Positions 60,717 to 64,000 of a DNA stretch of 64,000 nucleotides are shown here, piece by piece; positions within the stretch are counted from its first letter, which is position 1; each line of letters starts with the position of its first letter. Made by a program: the position numbers and the translations under genes. Source of the DNA: Paraspadella gotoi (taxonomy: Eukaryota > Animalia > Chaetognatha); contig CM119267.1 of the NCBI GenBank assembly GCA_051294375.1, positions 1,875,448-1,939,447 of the forward strand, in the 5' to 3' direction. A model generated the notes under the pieces. That model did no database searches and had not been told where the DNA came from. It saw only the letters and a program-made list of their open reading frames with translations.

Positions 60717-62292
60717 TTACATGGCCTTGAGAATTTTTTTGACCAACTTAAGCAACCCTCTAAACTCGTCGGCGGATAAAGAAAGCCCGGCCAAATTTGA
60801 CGTGACGAAAAGAAGCCCGAGCGCGTTGTCGAAAAAGTAAGGCCTTAAAGCGACATTGGCCTTTGACGTTTCATCCTTTGACTTGTAAACGCTAAGGGAT
60901 ATCCCCAAGCTTTCCGTGATGGCGTAGCGAGGCCCGTTGACAATGTCGGCAACATCGCTCAGACTCTCCAGCTTATTCAACTCGTCTTGAATGCGAACCT
61001 CATAGAGTTGAACCAAACGCTCCATCTCGTTCTTGTTGAGAACGACGCGAGTGACCGGCTCAATCGCCCGAGATTTAGACGATAAAGAGTAACCGGTACC
61101 CCCGTCAGGAGCAGACGACGACCCCGCGCCATTTTGAGAAGGAACGAATCTTTCCTTGTGGACCACGATACCGTTGTTGTCCGAAGCGAGAGTGACCATT
61201 ACGTAAGTCGAAAGGGTCCAGTAATCGCTGGGCGTCAACTTGGCGCTGCGATGCATGTCGTCGAGTCCTCCCCCTTCGCGCAAAGTCGGCTGACGAAGGA
61301 GAGCCTGCGGTCTAAAAAAATATTTTTTTATTTACTTTTCTTTCTCTCTTTCTTTCGTCGGTTGTTTTTACAATTACCTCTTGCAAGGCTTTTTACCACC
61401 GCCGCTCGGAGACGCCGAGACGTTAAAAGGCCCTGATGATGATGATGATGATGCGTGGGCGCCAATAGCCTCGTCTTCGCCAAATTGCTGATTCGACTGG
61501 TGTTCTTCGATGTAAAGGTCATCGTCATCGTCATTCATCATATATACTAACTGGCGTCTAATTAAATACATGATAATTTTTTTATTTTTTAAAAAATAAA
61601 CAAACGAAAAAAACTTACCTTTTCGCTTTGTCCCGTTCATCTTTGAGCTGTTTGACCTCTCTTCTCAAATCGATCAACTCCTTTTGAGTGTCTCGTAAAA
61701 CCCCGCAAGGAAGAGAATGGTAGAATCTTTGTTTTGAATTTCAATTCTAAAAAGATTTATTATATTAATACATAATATAAATAATATATGTATATATATA
61801 TTACTTGTTTTTATCTAGGACTTTGAAGGAGTTTTCAAAACTTCTGGCCCTGGCGTAAGTCGTAAATTTATATTCGTGACAAATTTCACACAAAGTGATA
61901 AACTGTATAAAGAAAAAGATATTTTTTACTATTGCAATATCAAAGAGAAAAAAAATATAATTACCGAAATACGGCAAATGGCGCAGGTAGGATTTTTGGT
62001 AGAAATAATTTTGTCAAAACAAAGAGAACACAATGGTGACCTAATAATTAATTAATTAGTTAATTAGTTAATTAAACAAACGTATAAAAGAAAGTGTCAT
62101 TATGCTCATTTGTTTTTTTTATAATAAAATTACGCGCTCTCATGGACATTTAAAAAACTAAAATAAAAAGATTTATGTTCAAAAAGTTACTTGAACGCAA
62201 CATATATTTTACTATTTTGTTTAAATTCCGTGAAACAAATTGGGCAATTTAGAAAAAGAAGAATCTCCGTTAAATTGTGAAAAATCCTCCAT
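60717..62292 (-). CDS. Multi-exon gene: RING finger, coiled/acidic linker, tandem PC4-like ssDNA-binding domains
   Basis: Exons give LNCPICFTEF (~62250) and GH..CSLCFDKIISTKNPTCAICR (62040-61965). Introns at 61903-61964, 61747-61804, 61558-61618 and 61312-61377; the last two splice in frame (phase 2) into ORF 60717-61283. That ORF's ISLSVYKS...VALRPYFFD...GLSLSADEFRGL fits the PC4 pattern. Confidence 0.7.
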
Positions 62293-62640
62293 ATAAAAAA
62301 GAAAGAAGAAAAGTTAGAAAAAAGAAGAATACGATCGACGTAGATCCGAGATTCAAAAGTCATTTTCTTTTATAGGTAAGAACATTGCAAAATATAACCT
62401 CACCTAGTTGAATGAGAAATGACCAAGTAAATAAAATAATTTTACTAGCTCTCGATAATCTTTTCAGTGTAAATAGGCGAGTAAAAAAAAAATTCTTTTA
62501 ACTGGCCAAAAAAAATAATCTCTTATCAATGATTTTTTTAAATTAAAGTCCGGTTTATTTCTAGTTAGGACTTCTTTCTCTTTTTCGTCTTCTTCTCTGT
62601 CTCTGTCTCTGTCTCTTCTCTTTCAAATTTTTATCATATA

Positions 62641-63443
62641 ATGATGAAACACAACCTTTTTTGTAGTGTGTTTTTTCCTGGGGATCGTAAAGGCAGCAAA
62701 TAGGACCCGAAGACGTGAGTAATTGTCTTATTTTAAATTTACATACTAAAAAGGAACAGAATAATTAGGTAAAAAACAATGGGCCTGGTGATTTACTGCC
62801 GCCGTGGAAACGGCCGTCGTCGACGACGCCATTGATCACAACGACATCAAGCAGGCCGTCGTCAACGACACCATTAATCACAACGACATCAAGCAGGCCG
62901 TCGTCAACGACACCATTAATCACAACGACATCAAGCACCTCGACTAAAAGACCGACAAAAACTACGATTAAATAACGAGTCCAACGACATCAACAACACT
63001 ACAAACAAAATCACGACAAATGATCGACTCGATAAAACAACGACAATGGCAACAGCAACAACAAGTAAAATGAAACAACAACAAACCGAACGAGATAATA
63101 CAGAAACAAAGATGTCATCAACAAAGCCAACAATGACAATAACAACGACCGAGAAAAAAAACACAACGACATGGAGTCACAAACAAACGATGACAATGAC
63201 GAGGCCAACGACGATGACAATGAGACCAACGACGATAACAACGACGATGACAATGACGGAGCAAAGCCCGACAACGACGACCGAGAATAAAACCACAACG
63301 ACGATGACAATGACGGAGCAAAGTCCGACAACTACGACCGAGAATAAAACCACAAGTATGATGACAATGACGAGGCCAATGACAACGACGACCGAGAATA
63401 AAACCACAACGACAACGACGATGACAAATCCAAATACAATGAC
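62641..63443 (+). CDS. Mucin-like Thr/Ser-rich secreted glycoprotein (runs into N gap; several frameshifts)
   Basis: Signal-peptide-like MMKHNLF..FFLGIVKA after one homopolymer correction; donor C|GTGAGT at 62715. Three 42-bp repeats encode RPSSTTPLITTTSS; 57-bp repeats encode TMTMTEQSPTTTTENKTT. Repeat copies differ mainly at synonymous sites. Confidence 0.6.
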
Positions 63444-63544
63444 ANNNNNNNNNNNNNNNNNNNNNNNNNNNNNNNNNNNNNNNNNNNNNNNNNNNNNNNN
63501 NNNNNNNNNNNNNNNNNNNNNNNNNNNNNNNNNNNNNNNNNNNN

Positions 63545-64000
63545 GGTAAGGCCAAGCGACTGGCGTAACCGTAACTAAAAGAAAAAATGTGAATAAAAAA
63601 ATTTTTTTTTTTGCTTTTTTTTATTCCCATTCCTTCTTACAGATTATTGGCGTCCACGTGAACGATCAAACGCGCCGGAAATTCTGGATCGTCGTCGTTG
63701 TAGCCGACTTCGTTCGATGAACCGGAAAAATATCGTGAGTTGACGGAAACGAACCCTCCCCTAATAAAAGAAAGAGAGAGATTAGTTAATTATCATGATT
63801 TTTTTTTTTGTTCTCACTCTCTACCTGAGCATGGATTCAAAGGCTAAAAATTCTTGACGAGTTTTAGTAGAAAATAACTCTATTTTCACCCCCGAGAATT
63901 GAAGCATGATGTCTTGACTGAGAGAGAGAGAGAGAATAAAAAGAGGAATAAATAAATAAATAAATAAATATCTCTTTTCTCTATCTTTCCTCACTTAATC
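63545..64000 (-). CDS. Second, cleaner copy of the PolB segment at ~53086-53590
   Basis: Colinear with copy 1. Spliced reading: DIMLQFSGVKIELF...FLAFESMLR|GGFVSVNSRYF...RLIVHVDANNL|YGYASRLAL, with introns 63761-63824 and 63575-63640. Confidence 0.9.

Larger units (their letters stand above)
39865..63443. mobile_element. Maverick/Polinton (adintovirus-like) element with intron-containing genes; boundaries approximate, TIRs not found
   Basis: Packaging ATPase, rve integrase, penton, major capsid, adenain protease and protein-primed PolB occur together in two convergent blocks, the diagnostic Maverick gene set. Core 41442-56042 is secure; membership of the flanking genes is inferred. Confidence 0.92.

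Noticed and set aside
62812-63443. 42- and 57-bp repeats as CRISPR, origin or TIR repeats
   Set aside because: No spacers; unit lengths are multiples of 3 with synonymous differences, which fits a coding repeat.

Overview
Eukaryotic genomic DNA, probably arthropod, from a gappy assembly with many indel errors. 1-3.2 kb: the 3' exons of a Lim1/Lhx1-5 LIM-homeobox gene. 3-39 kb: mostly non-coding, GA/CT-microsatellite-rich DNA with a ~5 kb direct duplication, a ~3.2 kb inverted duplication (both possibly assembly artefacts) and two Penelope-type inverted-repeat remnants with hammerhead ribozyme cores. ~39.9-63.4 kb: a Maverick/Polinton (adintovirus-like) element. Its + strand block is packaging ATPase, small basic protein, (S/T)PxK-repeat protein, retroviral-type integrase, penton, pVI-like protein, major capsid and adenain protease. 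Its - strand block is protein-primed PolB and accessory genes. The main observation is that these viral genes carry at least 12 short GT-AG introns (mostly 58-75 nt), several splitting conserved catalytic motifs (Walker A; PolB motif A and RGG). Splicing also reveals a likely RING-finger plus tandem PC4-like fusion gene and a mucin-like secreted cargo gene. A second copy of part of the PolB gene lies at the window end. No terminal inverted repeats were found. All translations were done by eye; no database searches were run.
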